DNA of 64,000 nucleotides from Camelus dromedarius (lineage: Eukaryota): contig NC_087447.1 in the NCBI RefSeq assembly GCF_036321535.1, forward strand, positions 51,028,001 through 51,092,000, written 5' to 3'. The notes under the pieces were generated by a model, which saw only the letters and a list, made by a program, of their open reading frames with translations, did no database searches and was not told the origin of the DNA. The translations under genes and the position numbers were made by a program. Below, in pieces: positions 1 to 13,829 of the stretch (its first letter is position 1; every line of letters begins with the position of its first letter).

Positions 1-515
1 GAGCTATCAAGCTATAAAAAGACAATGAGAAATCTTAAATACACATTATTAAGTGAAAGAAACCAATTAGAAAAGTCTACATACTATATGATTCCAACTA
101 TATGACATTCTGCAAAAGCCAAAACTATGGAGACAATATAAAGATCAGTGGTTTCCATGTGTCACGGGGAAAGGAGGGATGAATTGGTGGAGCAGTGAGG
201 AATTTTAGGGCAGTGAAACTATTCTGTACAATACTACATTTGTGGACACTTGTCATTATATATTTGTCCAAATCCATGGAATGCACAAAGCCAAGAGTTA
301 ACCCTAATGTGAAATATGGACTTAACTTGAATATGGTGTGTTTATGTAGGTGCACTGATTACAACAAATCTATCACCTGGATACAGGATGTTGGCTGTGG
401 GGAAGGTCATGCATATGTGGGGGACAGAAGGATTATAGGATATCTGTACTTTCCACTTAATTTTGCTGTGAACCTAAAACTGCTCTTAAAAAATTAACTT
501 TATTTTAAAATAAAT
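1..515 (+). mobile_element. Old L1 3'UTR (L1MC-like)
   Basis: Typical L1M 3' motifs (aagtgaaagaaaccaa, tatatgattccaactatatgacattctg, aattttgctgtgaacctaaaactgctct) followed by an A-rich end. Confidence 0.75.
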
Positions 516-1234
516 ACATTGGGGGAGCTCTGCAGACTTTTATTCTCCCCTTCATCTCCCATTACTTATGCTTCATACACTCTACATCAACTACATGGAA
601 CCAGGGATGGTTCACCAACAGAATGGGCTCTTTCACTCCTCTTCACATTGTTTCCCTTTGTCTATGAATCCCCTTCCCTTCCCTTGTTGCCTCACCACAC
701 AAAGCCTTTTATTTATCCTTTTCAGGTCTCAGCTTAAAGGTCACCGCTTCTGTGAAGTCCTCCTTGATATCTAGGTTGGGCGGTTCTTAACCTTCTCCTC
801 TGTTCCCACAGCACCATTCTACTAATTGTCTATTTTAAGGGTTTATCTTAACCAGACTGAGTTCTAAGTTCAGAGGCTATGTCCACTTTACCATGAATCC
901 CCAATGGACAGCAAATGCCTGGCATAAAACAGGTGCTCAGACAGTGAGTGAAGAAAGGACTAAATGACCAGGCACTGAACTCAACCTGGCAAGGAGTCTA
1001 AGGAATCAGCATAAGACATGCAAAGTCTCTCCAGGGCAGGAATAAATGTTTCATTTTTACCAGCTTATTTGACCTGATGCACAATCCTGTTTTAAAACCT
1101 GATCTATGGGAGCTAAACACAGTGGTCAAAAGACATTTTGAAGTCCACATGCCCCCACAGACCCAGCACAGTCCTGATGAAAGTAATTACTAAAGAGTAT
1201 GTACTTATTTTTTTCCACCAAACAAGACCCTAAG

Positions 1235-2632
1235 TTTATTTATTTTTTTTTACTTAAAAAGATTTTATGCAATTTTTAAAGGTTACTTTCCATTTACAGT
1301 TATTGCAAAATATTGGCTATATTCAGTGTGTTGTATAATCCTTGAGCCTATTTTACACCCAATAGTTTGTACCTCCCACTCCCCACCCCTGTGTTTCCCC
1401 TCCTCCCCTCACTGGTAACCACAAGTTTTTTCTTTATATTTGTGAGTCTGCTTGTTTTTTTGTTATATTCATTATTTTTGTGTGTTTTTTATATTCCACA
1501 TTTAAGTGATATCATACTGGATTGTCTTTCTCTGTTTGACTTATTTCACTAAGCATCACACCCTCCAAGTCCACCCATGTTGCTGCAAATGGCAAAATTT
1601 CCTTTCTTTTTATGTCTGAGTAGTATTCCATTGTGTGTATATACCCCATCTTCTTTATCCATTCACCTGTTGATGGACACTTAGGTTGTTGTCATACCTC
1701 AGCAATTGTAAATGATGCTGATATGAATATTGGGGTGCACGTATCTTTTGGAAAGATTCTTTTGTTTCTTTCAGATATGTACTCAGGAGTGGAATTGCTG
1801 GGCCATATGGCAGCTTTATTTTTAGTTTTTTGTGAAACCTCCATACTATTTTCCACAGTAGCTGCACCAATTTACATTCCCACAAACAGTGTAGGAGGGT
1901 ACCCTTTTTTCCACATCCTCACCAACATTTGTTATTGGTAGGCTTTTTGATGATAGCCATTCTGACACATGTGAGGTGATATCTCATTGTGGTTAGGGTT
2001 TGCATTTCCCTTACTTTTTAGTGATGTTGAGCATCTTGCCAACACCAGTGTCCTTGTGGCATGATGAGCTCCCCAAATGGCTGTCACCAGGGTCTATGTC
2101 CCAGGGGGCATCTCTGTTGCTTTCTGCCTCTCTGGGAGGCTCTCTAAGATCAGGAAGTGTGTCTCACCCAGACTCTCTTAAAATGACTGCCTGTGCACTG
2201 GACTTGGCACCCGTGAGATCTTGTTTGTGCCTTTTGAGAGCAGAGTCTATTACCTACAGTATTCTGGCTCTCCCATCACAAGCCCTGCTGGCCTTCAAGT
2301 CCAGATATTTTGGAGGCTCATCTTCCTGGTCCAGGACTTCTGAGCTGGGGAGCCCGATGTGGGACTGAGACCTCTCCCCCATTGAGGAGAACTTCCACAA
2401 TTTGATTATTCTCCTGTTTGTGGGTCACCTATCCAGGGGTGTATGTCTTAACAATACTCATCTCTGCCCTTCCTACCCATCTTGTATTTTCTTCTTAATC
2501 TCTTAAGTTGTGGAAAATCTTTTCTGCAAGTCCTCAGGTCGTTCTCATCGATACTTTCTCTGTAAACAGCTGTAATTTTGGTGTGCCTGTGGGAGGAGGT
2601 GAGCTCAGGGTCTTCCTCCACCTTCTTGACCT
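1235..2632 (-). mobile_element. Internally deleted L1: 5'UTR fused directly to ORF2 end and 3'UTR
   Basis: T-rich tail at ~1235-1251, L1 3' sequence to ~2035, then L1 5'UTR sequence whose start (minus ggtcaagaaggtggaggaagaccctgagctcacctcctcccac) is at ~2632. Confidence 0.8.
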
Positions 2633-5349
2633 ACCTGGGCTACCTGGACTAGATGATCTTAAGCACTCTTCCAGCTCCTATAGTCCATATGTCTATGAAA
2701 ACAGAAAGATCACCACTCTCAAAGTTCTGTAGCTATATTTCTTCTTGACACAGCATCCCACAGTTTTTAACAGGTACTTCATACATACACATCATCTTGT
2801 ATAATCACCACAATCCTGAGTCAATTTTTACTTGGAGGTTAGGAAATTGAAGCCAGGACTTGCCTACAATTACTGATGTAATTGACATTCAAAATGTCTG
2901 GCATCAGACCCAAGGCCCTTTAAATTGTACTACTTTACTTCCCCTAAAGAATTTCAGGTTGAGTCAAGAAGATACACTGGTATAATAATAAGAAGAAAGA
3001 ACATTAAAGAAAAACTTGTCTTGTATAAGATATTAATACACATTATTTTCCTTAATTCTTATAACCCTATAGGATATATATTATTACTACTGTCATTTTA
3101 CAGGTAAGGAAACTAAAAAGCAGTTAAATAATTTGCTCAAGTTTATATAGCAGGTAAGAGCTGGAATTTGAACCCAGGTCTCATTCCTAAGGTTCTTTCC
3201 TTAGTATCTTAATGAGAACCATTTGCCTACATGACAGTTGCTAGGCTTTAAGCTATTTATACAAGGCAATCTCCTTTCCAGAAGCAGATGCTTTGAGAAA
3301 GAGAAGGCTAAGGGTTTATCAGAGCCCAAGTTAAGCAGGCACTTATGACATAAGCCCATCTGTCTTACTCACAGAATTCATGGGGCATGCTGCAGGGCTT
3401 GGAATTGCTTTCTGTTCCTAAATTTCCACTGACCTAGTCACTTAAAAGATTTTAGGAAAGAACAGTTATATTATTTTTGTGTTTTATTTAGATTTTGTTT
3501 TACATTTATAAACCTTATATTTTAACATATTATTTCTCTTATATGTTAATACATTATGTAATATACCATCATAGGCATGAAATACCAAATACAAAAAAAT
3601 ACACAAAGAACTTCTGTAATGAAGACAGGAAACAGAGTAGCTCAGAAGATGAGAAAAGAGCCCCAGGGAAATGAAATCACTTAACACACGAACATGCAGG
3701 GTAACACTGAGGCTGGCTCTGCTTCCACAGGCCACTGTCACCCCACAACTTTGCATACACCTCCCTAATGCCCACCTTTAAGTTTTTGCTTACTTTCTCT
3801 TCGCCTTGCTTTGAATGTTCTTCCTCTCATTCTCCCCATCAAACCCTCAACCACCTTTTAAAGATCACTTCAAGCCCCACTTCTCCCAGGAAGGATTTCC
3901 TGACCTCGCCTTCCTCTGTGAATTCCCAAGACACTGAGTCTGCCAAACCACCATGCACTTAGTCATTTCCTGTCTTGTGTGATTCTCTGACATCTTTAAG
4001 ACTTACCTCCTTACCTAAAATATAAGCTTCTTGAGGACCAAAATCATGGCCGGCAATCATGACTTCTAACTGTCATCACTATACCTCTCAGTCCCCAGCA
4101 GGCCCCGCACAGAGCTTACTCAGTTCAGGGACACCCCAGAAAATATTAGGAAGTGAACTTAGGGACTCTGTTATTGTTATTCTCCCTGAAGAAAGAGGCC
4201 TGTGTCATAGAGCACATGGCGGTGATGCTCAGCTCACCTGCTCAAGTCTTCTCCCCTGTGGGATGTCCCCTGATCCCTACTGACTGGTCTGACTGGAAAC
4301 AACTACTGGCTGAAACAACAGTTTAATATTGATCAGACCTGGGAAATAATAAGAGGAAGATCTTGGCTGAAGTGGGAGAGGAGGGAAGTGTCAGGGCAAA
4401 GGCAACCTAGCTAGCAGGGCTTACCATAAGTGCAGTGCAATTCAGGCTTGTACTTACTGGCTGGGGACCACCAGCAGAAAACAGGGTACCTGAGTCAGGA
4501 AAGCAGGTGAGAACTAAAGAAGCCATGCAACTGCAGAGCCATCTGGCACTCAGTAAACTTCTTCCTGGAAGTAACAATCACCTCCCTCTCATGTGTATAG
4601 CCCTGAACAAAGCCCATTTACAGTCAACTGCCTCCTCACAAAAACTCCAGGAACTGGACAGTGTGGATTATCCCCGTTTTTACAGCTAAGAAGACTGAAG
4701 CAGGGAATTAAAAGAAATATACCTTGCCTAACTCATCCATCTGGAATATTGCTGTCTTTCATTGTTTTGAATGATTTTACAACTCTGAAAATTGCAGCAA
4801 ACTGATGATAATACAAATGATTCTTGTCCATAAACAAAAAGAAATATATCCTGGACTATGAGTCAGAGGAAGACAAATCCAGTATTATCTTTGCCTTTAA
4901 CTTGCTTTGGGACCCTGGGAAAGTCCCTTTCTTTCTCTCAGTTCAAATCTTCTATCTGTAAAACAGGTCAATGATCCATGCTCAGGCTAGAGATAAAGGT
5001 AGGTAATAAGTCACCTCTCTGGAGAAGAACTACCTGAAAGGGCTCACAAAGGATAAATAGGAGCTGGTCAGACAGAGAGGGGGAAGAACATTCCAGAAAG
5101 AAACAGAATAAACAAAACCCAAAGGAGTAAACAGTGATCTTTGTCCCAGCTTTCCACCTGCCCAGCAGCCAACCAAGTTTTATAAATTCTTACTAGGAAT
5201 ATACTCTGGGCTTGGGAAGATACAATAAAGAAAGCAAACTCAGGCTCCTTGTGGTCCCATATTACAAGCCACAAATATCAGGATCTTTGGGACTACTGCT
5301 GCTGCTAGCAAATTTTTTTATGGTGACCAGAAGTATGAGTCTAGAGGAA

Positions 5350-7170
5350 TCTGATGAAAACCTGTCTACACAAATACATGTAAGTGAAATATTCATAGCA
5401 GCGTTATTCAAGAGTCAAAAATATCCCTCAACTGATGAATGGATAAATCAAGTGTAGTACAGCCATAAAATGGAATGTTATTTGGCTATAAAAGAAAAAA
5501 AAGAAGTCCAGCTCCGTGCTACAACATGGATAAACCTTAAAAAACTGTGCCAAGTGAAACAAGCCAGTCACAAAAGGCCACATAGTATATGATTCCATTT
5601 ATATAAAATGTCCAGAAAAGGCAAATCCATAGGCAGAAAGTAGATTAGTGGTGGCCAGGGGTAGGGGAAGGGGGAAATGGGGAGTGGCTGCTAACAGTTT
5701 CGGGGTTCCTTTTTAGGGTGATGAAATATACTGAAGTTAGATAGCTGTGATGGTCATAGGATCTTGTCATACACTAGAAACCACCAAATCGTACAATTTG
5801 AGATGGTGAACTGTGTGGTATGTGAATTATATCTCAATGTTTAAAAACCCATAAATGTAATTAATCATATTAACAAAATAAAGGAGGAAATGTATGTAAT
5901 CAATTCAATTAAGGCAGAAAAAGGATTTGCTAAAATTTGACATCCAATAGTGATTAAAACCTCTTGGTAAATAAGGATTACAAGGGAATTTACTTCATCT
6001 AGTAAAAGTTAATTACCAAAAACGCTAGAGCAAATACCATACTAAGTGGTGAAATGTTGACAGTTTTTCCTCTGAGATAAGAAATAAAATAACAGTGTTT
6101 CCCTACCACTACTTCTATTCATCATAATACTGAAGGTATTAGCCAGCACAATTAGGAAAGTAAAAGAATAAGGATTAAAAAGGAAGAAACAAAACTATTA
6201 CAGTTTATGGAGAATACGATCATGTATACATAGAAAATTCTAATAGTAGAAAAATCTTCATACCTTAGAGTAGGTAAAGATTTCAAAAATAGAACAGAAA
6301 GCATTGAAATTTGCCTATATTAAAATTCTATCGAAGACACCATGTCATGCATCTATCAGAGATACCACTAAGAGCATAAAAGAAGATATCTGCAACACAT
6401 ACAATTAACAAAAGACTTATATCAAGGTAAGAGTTCCTGTAAGTCAATAAAAACAATGGACAAAAGACTTGAACAGGCACCTCACAGAAAATTATATCCA
6501 AATGGCCAATTAATATGAAAAGTTGCTCAACTTCATTAAAAACTGACAATACAAAGCAATGACCAAAAAAGTGGAGTAACTGCAACTCTGATGCACTGCT
6601 AGCGCGAACATAAGTCAAATAACTATGTGCTTGAACTTTGAACTTTTGATATTATCAACCAAAGACAAACATAGGTATCTCTATGATCCAGCAATTTCAT
6701 TATGCATATATACCTAACAGCAAAGTGTGAACAAATGTATAAATATATGCACTAGAATGGTCAGAAAACATTTACTCATTAAGACTCTATTACCGAAATC
6801 AGCCTTATATTCATCAATAGTACAATGGAAAATATTCCTATAAGAGAATATTATACAGCAATAAAAATGAACTAGATCTGTATGTAAAAAAAAAAGCAGA
6901 TAAATCTTATAATCAATGTTAATCTAATGAAGGCAAAGAAGAGAATATACACTGTATGATTCTATCTATAGCAAGTTCAAAAATAGGCAAATTTATTTAT
7001 GGTGTTTACCTTTGGAAAGGACGGAGATGTTAGTGCCTGGAAGGGAAAACATAGGGAGCTTATAAGGGGCTGGTTATACTTATTTGTTGGTCAAGGTAGT
7101 GGCCACACAGGTGTGGTCAATGTGATAATTCATTGAGCTGTACACTGCAGAAGTGGGCACTTTTCTATAC
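5350..7170 (+). mobile_element. Old L1 fragments (L1MB-like 3' end, then L1M/L1ME-like ORF2 and 3' remnants)
   Basis: Degenerate L1 motifs such as caactgatgaatggataaa, tatatgattccatttatataaaatgtccag and tatgatccagcaatt. Confidence 0.7.
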
Positions 7171-7183
7171 AAAGATTTAACTT

Positions 7184-7262
7184 GGGGGAGGGTATAGCTC
7201 TGTGGTAGAGTGCTATGCTTACCATGCACAAGGTCCTGGGTTCAGTCCCCAGTGCCTCCATT

Positions 7263-7297
<35 letters not shown>

Positions 7298-7347
7298 GTA
7301 AATAAATAAATAAATATCTAATTATGTCCCCTCCAAAGGAAAAAAAA
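7184..7347 (+). mobile_element. Camelid tRNA-derived SINE (Vic-1-like) with (GATA)n tail
   Basis: Head ggggagggtatagctc..ggtagag, B-box ggttcagtcc, target-site duplication aaagatttaac at 7171-7181 and 7348-7358. Confidence 0.88.
7263..7297. repeat. (TAGA)n microsatellite in SINE tail
   Basis: Directly visible. Confidence 0.95.
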
Positions 7348-8063
7348 AAAGATTTAACAATGCAGTTGAGGAACCTATAAGAACCATGGTTCATGAGCTA
7401 CATATACCATATACAGCAGTATGTCCAGTTTATACATTTAAAAGATGAGAAAGAAATTGAAGCCCAGAGAAGTTTTTGGGGCTGTTACACAACAAATAAG
7501 TGGAAAAACTGCAATCGGAAAAAAACCCAAACAGAATACTTTGAAGTGTTACTTACTTAGAAAATCCTGAACACATAGTTGGTTGATAAAGACCACCTCT
7601 TAGTATAACATATGTATATATGCTTCCAACCCTGTTGACAACATCTGTGTGAGTGAATCAGGAGAACATGGAGGAAGAGAAGAAAGTGGGGGAGAAAGAA
7701 AAGGGAAAAGGGCGACGGTTAGAGTGAAAAAGAAAGAAAGATTATCTGAGATTTGTAGTTTTAAGAGGGTTAACTTTTTGGCCTCGGTGTCAAATATATT
7801 ATTTGTTGCAGAGGTCCAGGGCCACATCCAGAGCTTCGAGTCCTGTTTCTGACATTACAGAGAACTCTTGAGAACTTATTGGGAAACCCTTCCTCAGGTC
7901 TGCTTAGTCTTAGTGCACAAAATTCTTTATTCTGGCCCTCCCATTAGCCCTGTCTAAACCAACAGGAAATACAGCTTTTATGTAGAAAGAGAAAGGCAGT
8001 TTACCCCAGGACCATTATTTAATTCTATCTTGGAGGAACCTGGTTAAGAGTTGTTCTTTTTCT

Positions 8064-8196
8064 GGGGAGGGTATAGCTGCTCAGTGGTTAGAGTACATGC
8101 TTAGCATGCATGAGATCATTGGTTCAGTCCCCAGTACCTCCTATAAAAAGTAACCACCTAAATAAATAAACCCAATTACCCCCCCCCCAAAAAACA
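8064..8196 (+). mobile_element. Camelid tRNA-derived SINE (Vic-1-like)
   Basis: A- and B-box motifs, flanked by aagagttgtt(c/a)tttt at 8046 and 8197. Confidence 0.88.
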
Positions 8197-8213
8197 AAGA
8201 GTTGTTATTTTGT

Positions 8214-9108
8214 GCTTGATATTGCTAATTATCAGAGAATTGCAAATCAAAACGACAGTGAGGTATCACCTCACACCAGTCAAAACGGCCATCATTCAAA
8301 AGTCCACAAAGTTAAAATGCTGGAGATAGTGTGGAAAAAAGGGAACCCTCCTACACTGTTGGTAGAAATGTAGTTTGCTGCAGCTGTTATGGAAAATGGT
8401 ATGGAGATTCCTCAAAAGACTAAAAACAGATTTACCGTGTGATCCAGCAATCCCAATCCTAGGAATATATCCAGAGGTAACATTAATTTAAAAAGATACA
8501 TGTACCTTAATGTTCATAGCATTATGACTATGGCCAAGACATGGAAACAACCTAAATAGCCAAGACATGGAAACAACCTAAATGTCCATCGACAGATGAC
8601 TGGATAAAGAAGCTGTGGTATATTTATATGATTGAATACTACTTAGCCATAGAAAATAATAAAATAATGCCATTTGCAGCAACATGGATGGACCTGGAGA
8701 TTGTCATTCTAAGTAAAGTAAGCCAGAAAGAGAAAGAAATACCATATGGTATCACCTATATGTGGAATCTAAAAAAAGACAAATGAATTTATTTACAAAA
8801 CAGAAACAGACTCACAGATATAGAAAACAAACTTCTGGTTACCAGGAGGGGAGGAGAGTGGAAAGGGATAAATTAGGAGTTTGAGATTTGCAGATACTAA
8901 CTACTATACACAAAACAGATAAACAAGTTTCTTCTGTATAGTGCAGGCAATTATATTCAATATCTTGTAGTGACCTATAATGAAAAAGAATATGAAAATG
9001 AATATATGTATGTATATGTATGACTGAACTATTATGCTGTACACCAGAAGTTGACACAACATTGTAAACTGACTATATTTCAATAAAAAATGCAGTCTAA
9101 ACAGAAAA
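8214..9108 (+). mobile_element. 5'-truncated young L1 (ORF2 end and 3'UTR)
   Basis: Same family as 38976-39725 and 42224-43347. TSD aagagttgttattttgt at 8197-8213 and 9109-9125. Confidence 0.9.
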
Positions 9109-9619
9109 AAGAGTTGTTATTTTGTAAATCCCATAACAGCTCAAGTGTTAATCACAGATTCCAAAAGAAAACGATGACTGCAAACAATATGAGCCAAAAA
9201 AATTACTGCAAATTCTTAATAAGACAGCAGTTTGCAAAACCTTTTTCATATCTTTAGTCTTATAATCCATTCAGCAACTCTATGAGACAAATATTATTAT
9301 GTACCCATATTACAGATAAGACAACTGAGGTGAAGAAAAGTAGAGCAACTTACCAACGCTCAGGGATGGTCAATAGTGATAATCTTAAGTGCTTGAACTC
9401 CAACACAGCTTCTTCTACATGCACTGAGCCTTCCCCATATTGCAGACTATGTGAACATCAATGGTTGTCATTAAATACAAATTTATTTTAAAATAAGTTA
9501 AAAGAACTAACCAAAGCAGTTCTACTAGGGGCATTAGTCTGAACATCTCTAGGAGGGAAAACTTGAAACACTGCATCTGTAGGAGGGGAAACTTTAAACA
9601 CTACATTCAGGAGGATGAA

Positions 9620-9960
9620 AGAGCACAGTCCAGAAGTCAAGAGACAATGGTTCAAATGCAGACTCCAGGCACTGCAACTATGTAGCATGTGACCTTGTGC
9701 AAGTCCTTGACTCTCTGAGCCCAAGAGTATCAGTGCTATACAGTGGAAACATTCCTTGGAATCATAGAGAAGACATGCAATTCCAGTTCAGCCAGTCCTA
9801 ACTAGATGACCTTGGGCAAGTTACTTAATCACAATGAACCTCAGTTTACCATCTACAAAGTGAAATATTTATCTCTCTGAAAAAATTAATATATTTCACA
9901 AACATCAACGCTCCGAATATAATATATGGTAACTAACAGGCATTCAATAAACAGTAGTTT
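9620..9960 (+). mobile_element. MIR remnants
   Basis: MIR core gaccttgggcaagttacttaa...cctcagtttaccatctacaaagtg. Confidence 0.6.
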
Positions 9961-11171
9961 GGTCATTGCTCTTACTATTTTATGGCTATTATTATTATGT
10001 TACTACTATTTGTTATTATCATTCTTATTATTTTGAGGATCAACTAAGGTAAAGAAAATGTATATGCTTTGTAAAAGCTAAGGAGCTTCACAAACATGAC
10101 TTATCATTAATAAAAGAAAGTGTCAGAATACAATTTCCCAACCCACTCAATAAGACAGAGAAACTGGGGCTGAGGGAAAAAAATAATCCGATTCCATGAA
10201 ATTAGAGATTATGAGCTTGAGGAAATAAAGTAGAAAATGAAGCTTGCAACCCCATCCACGCTAACTTTAACCCTATCTTTGGCCTCGTCCATTTGGCTTT
10301 CTGGTAGCATGGGAAATGAGGCTGACACTGCAAAAATCCCATGTTGCAGTAAAGCCACCCAAGTTTCACCAGCACAAATCATTGACCTTATTTTTTTTTT
10401 AAGATTTATTTTTAAGAAGCCCCTCTCATTGGTTCAGCTGAGCTAATCTGAGTTCAAGGTAGTAAAACACTCCAAACTTGGAGAGATAAACACTGATGTA
10501 GTCCAGTTTTAAAATTAACTTTGCTAACCTCTTCCCAAGCTCAGAGAATTCTATTCTGTTGTGAAAATGCAGGCAGAAAAAGATTCCAAACTAAATGCTG
10601 CAGGACTTAGAATAAACCACAGGCTCCAGATCCTAGCCACAGGAACCAGACTTTCCCACGTGGAATTCTGCGACTCAGCGGCAGCTATCACATGCTCTCA
10701 ATTACAGCTTCTTCCCATCATTTATGCATCCCCCACTGAGGCTATGCTGGAGGTCAGCATTAGGTAATGCCCACAGACATTCTACCCATTGCCAGCTCAA
10801 ATCTCAACCATTAACGCAACCCACAGAGAACTCTTCTTTCTCATCTCCCAAATCTCCTTAAAGATCCAAAGCTACCCCTCTGGAAATTCTGGCTCCAAAA
10901 GTCTGGGTGGGACCCAGGCATGCATATTTTAGAAACACACTATGAGTCAATTGTTTAAGCTGAGTCGAGAACAACTCACAGAGATAGTATGTTATGATGT
11001 AACAGATACTTTAGGAAGACTTAGTTCCTCACGCATCCTTGACACTTTCCAGCTGTGAGACCATGACCGATTTACTTTTCTCTAAGCCTCAGCTTCCCCA
11101 ATTGAAAATAAGTTGTGGGTATCATATAAAATAAGAAATGAGGTTTCATTTAAAAATAAAATATTTCAGTG

Positions 11172-13810
11172 TTGGAGATGGCCAAGATAATAGTGTAGGA
11201 AGACCCCGAATTCACCTCCTCCCACAGACACACCAAAATTACAAGTTACAGAGCCACTATCTGTGAGAACGACCTGAAGACTAGCGGAAAAGATTTATCA
11301 CACCTAAAGATGTAAAGAAAGAACCATAACAAGATGGGCATAATAATAAGAAAGGGCAGAGAGATGCAGTACAGTCAGGACCCACCCCTCTGAGTCAGTG
11401 ACCCACAAATGGGAGGAATATCACAAATACAGAGGTTGTCCCCAAGGAGCCAGGGGATGAAGCAGCACATTGGGCTCCCCAGCCTGGAGGTCCTGAACCA
11501 GAAAGATGAGTCCCTAGAAAGTCTGGCTTTGAAAACCAGTGGGTCTTCCATTCAGGAGAGTTGGAGAAAACACAGACTTCCCCCTTAAAGGACATGTTCA
11601 GAATCTCATACACTCCAAGTCCCAGAGCAGAGGCAGTAGTTTAAAAAGACCCTAGGTCAGACCCATTTGCTTTTGTTGGAAATCCTCCAAGAGAGGCAGG
11701 AGGCTACTGGGACTCTCCTGGGGGAAAGGGATGTTGGTGGCAGCTATTTTGGGGAGCATGTTCTACTGAGATAACAACAGCACTGGCAACCTCCATTTTT
11801 GAGTCCTCCATGTAGCCCATTAGCAACAGGGGCTTACTAATGCAACACTGGGCCGGCACTGACACCCACCCCTCACCCAGGCCATGCAGCCAACCATGCA
11901 GGAAGCCCTCCCCACCCTCCAGTGGGCTGGTAGCCACCAGGTCTGCTGGACGGCAGGGTAGCCAACTGGGCTGGGGGCCAGCCCTACCTACGAACACACT
12001 CTCAGTAGTCAGCTGTGCCACAACAGAAGGGCCCATGCAGCCCACAGAGGGGAAAACTCAGAGCATCTAGCTCTGGTAACTAGACGAGAGTATGCTGGTC
12101 AGCACCAGAGGATGTCTCCTGCAGAGGGTCATGTCTCCAAGTTCAGGAAATATAACCAACCTACCCAGCACATAGGGGAAAAAAAGCACAGAGAACTTGG
12201 AAATTTGAGATGAGAATATGTTTCAAACAAAAGACCAAGACAAAACCTCAGAAAAATAACTAAATAAAGTGTAGATAAGGAATCAACCCCATAAAGAATT
12301 CAAAGTAATAATCATTAAGATGCTCAATGAAGAATGGATGAACAGAGTAAGAAGCTGAACAAAGACTGAGAAAATAAAAAGAACCAAACGGAGCTGAAGA
12401 ATACAGTAACTTAAATAGAAACACACTGGGAAGAAACAACAGTAGATTAGATGACACAGAAGCGTGTATCAGTGAATGGAAGACAAAGTAGCGGAAATTA
12501 CCCGGAAACTGAACAGAAAAAAGAAAAAATAATTGTTAAAAATGAGACTAGCTTAAGAGATCTCTGGGACATCAAGTGTACTAAAATTTGCATTATAGGG
12601 GTCTCAGAAGGAGAAGAGAGAAGGAAAAGGGCAGAGAACTTATTTGAAGAAATAATAGCTGAAAACTTCCCTAATCTGGGGAAGGAAACAGACATCCAGT
12701 CCAGGAAGCATAGAGAGTCCCAAAAAAGATGAACACAAAGATACATTATACTTAAATGGCCAAAATTAAAGATAAAAAGAGAATCTTAAAAGCAAGAGAA
12801 AAGCAACTAGTTATGTACAAAGGAACTTCCATAAAACTGTCAGCTGATATTGCAGCAAAAATTTTGCAGGTCAGGGGGAGTGGCACAATATATTAAAAGC
12901 AATGAAATGAAAAAACCTACAACCAAACATACTCTACACAGCAAAGTTATCATTCAGATTTGAAGTACAGATAAAGAGCTCTACAAGCAAAAGCTAAAAG
13001 AGTTCAGCACCACTATACCAACTTTATAAGAAATGTTAAAGGGACTTCTCAAGAGGAAAAAAAGACTACAACTAGGTATATGAAAATTATGAAAGGAAAA
13101 ATCTCACTGCTAGAGGAAAACACATAGTAAAGGTAGTAGACCAACCCCTTAAAAGGTTAAAAGACAAAAGCAGTAAAATTATCTATACTCACAATAAGTA
13201 GTTAAGGGACACACAAAATAAAAAATGCAAAATATGACATCAAAAACATTAAATGAGGGGAGGAGATGTAAAAATATAGGGTGATTTGAATGCGTTCAAA
13301 CTTAAGAGCTTATCAACTTAAAATAATTATATGTATAGGTATATATATCATTATACTTGTCATAATAGCTACTATCAAAAAGACAGCAAATAATAAGCGT
13401 TGGCGAAGATGTAGAGAAAAGGAAACTCTCATGCCCTCTTGGTAGGAGTGTAAACTGATAGAGCCGCTATGGAAAACAGTATGGAGCCTCACCAAAAATT
13501 AAAAATAAAACTGCCATATGATCTGACACATTCACTTCTGGGTGTTCACCTGAAGAAAATGAAAATGCTAATTTGAAAAGATACGTGCACCATTATATTC
13601 ATTATATTCATTGCAGCACTGTTTACAATAGCCAAGACATGGAAGCATATACATATAAATACAATGGAATATTACTATGCCATAAAAGAGTGAAATAATG
13701 CCATTTGTAGCAACATGGATGGACCTGGATTGTCATTCTAACTGAAGTAAGCCAGAAAGAGAGAAAAATACCAAGTTTGGAAACTAAAAAACAAAAAACA
13801 AAAAACAAAA
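11172..13810 (+). mobile_element. L1 with 5'UTR and decayed ORF1 but lacking almost all of ORF2, 3'-truncated
   Basis: L1 5' start at ~11172, ORF1 peptide LRDLWDIKCTKICIIGVSEGEERRKRAENLFEEIIAENFPNLGKE (ORF 12451), jump to ORF2 C-terminal sequence at ~13360, end in an (AAAAAC)n tract. Confidence 0.85.
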
Positions 13811-13829
13811 CCCCATTTCCCAGCACAGA

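Noticed and set aside
7184..7260. tRNA gene (also at 8064, 24011 and 35051)
   Set aside because: The tRNA-like head continues into a SINE body with an A-rich tail and TSDs.
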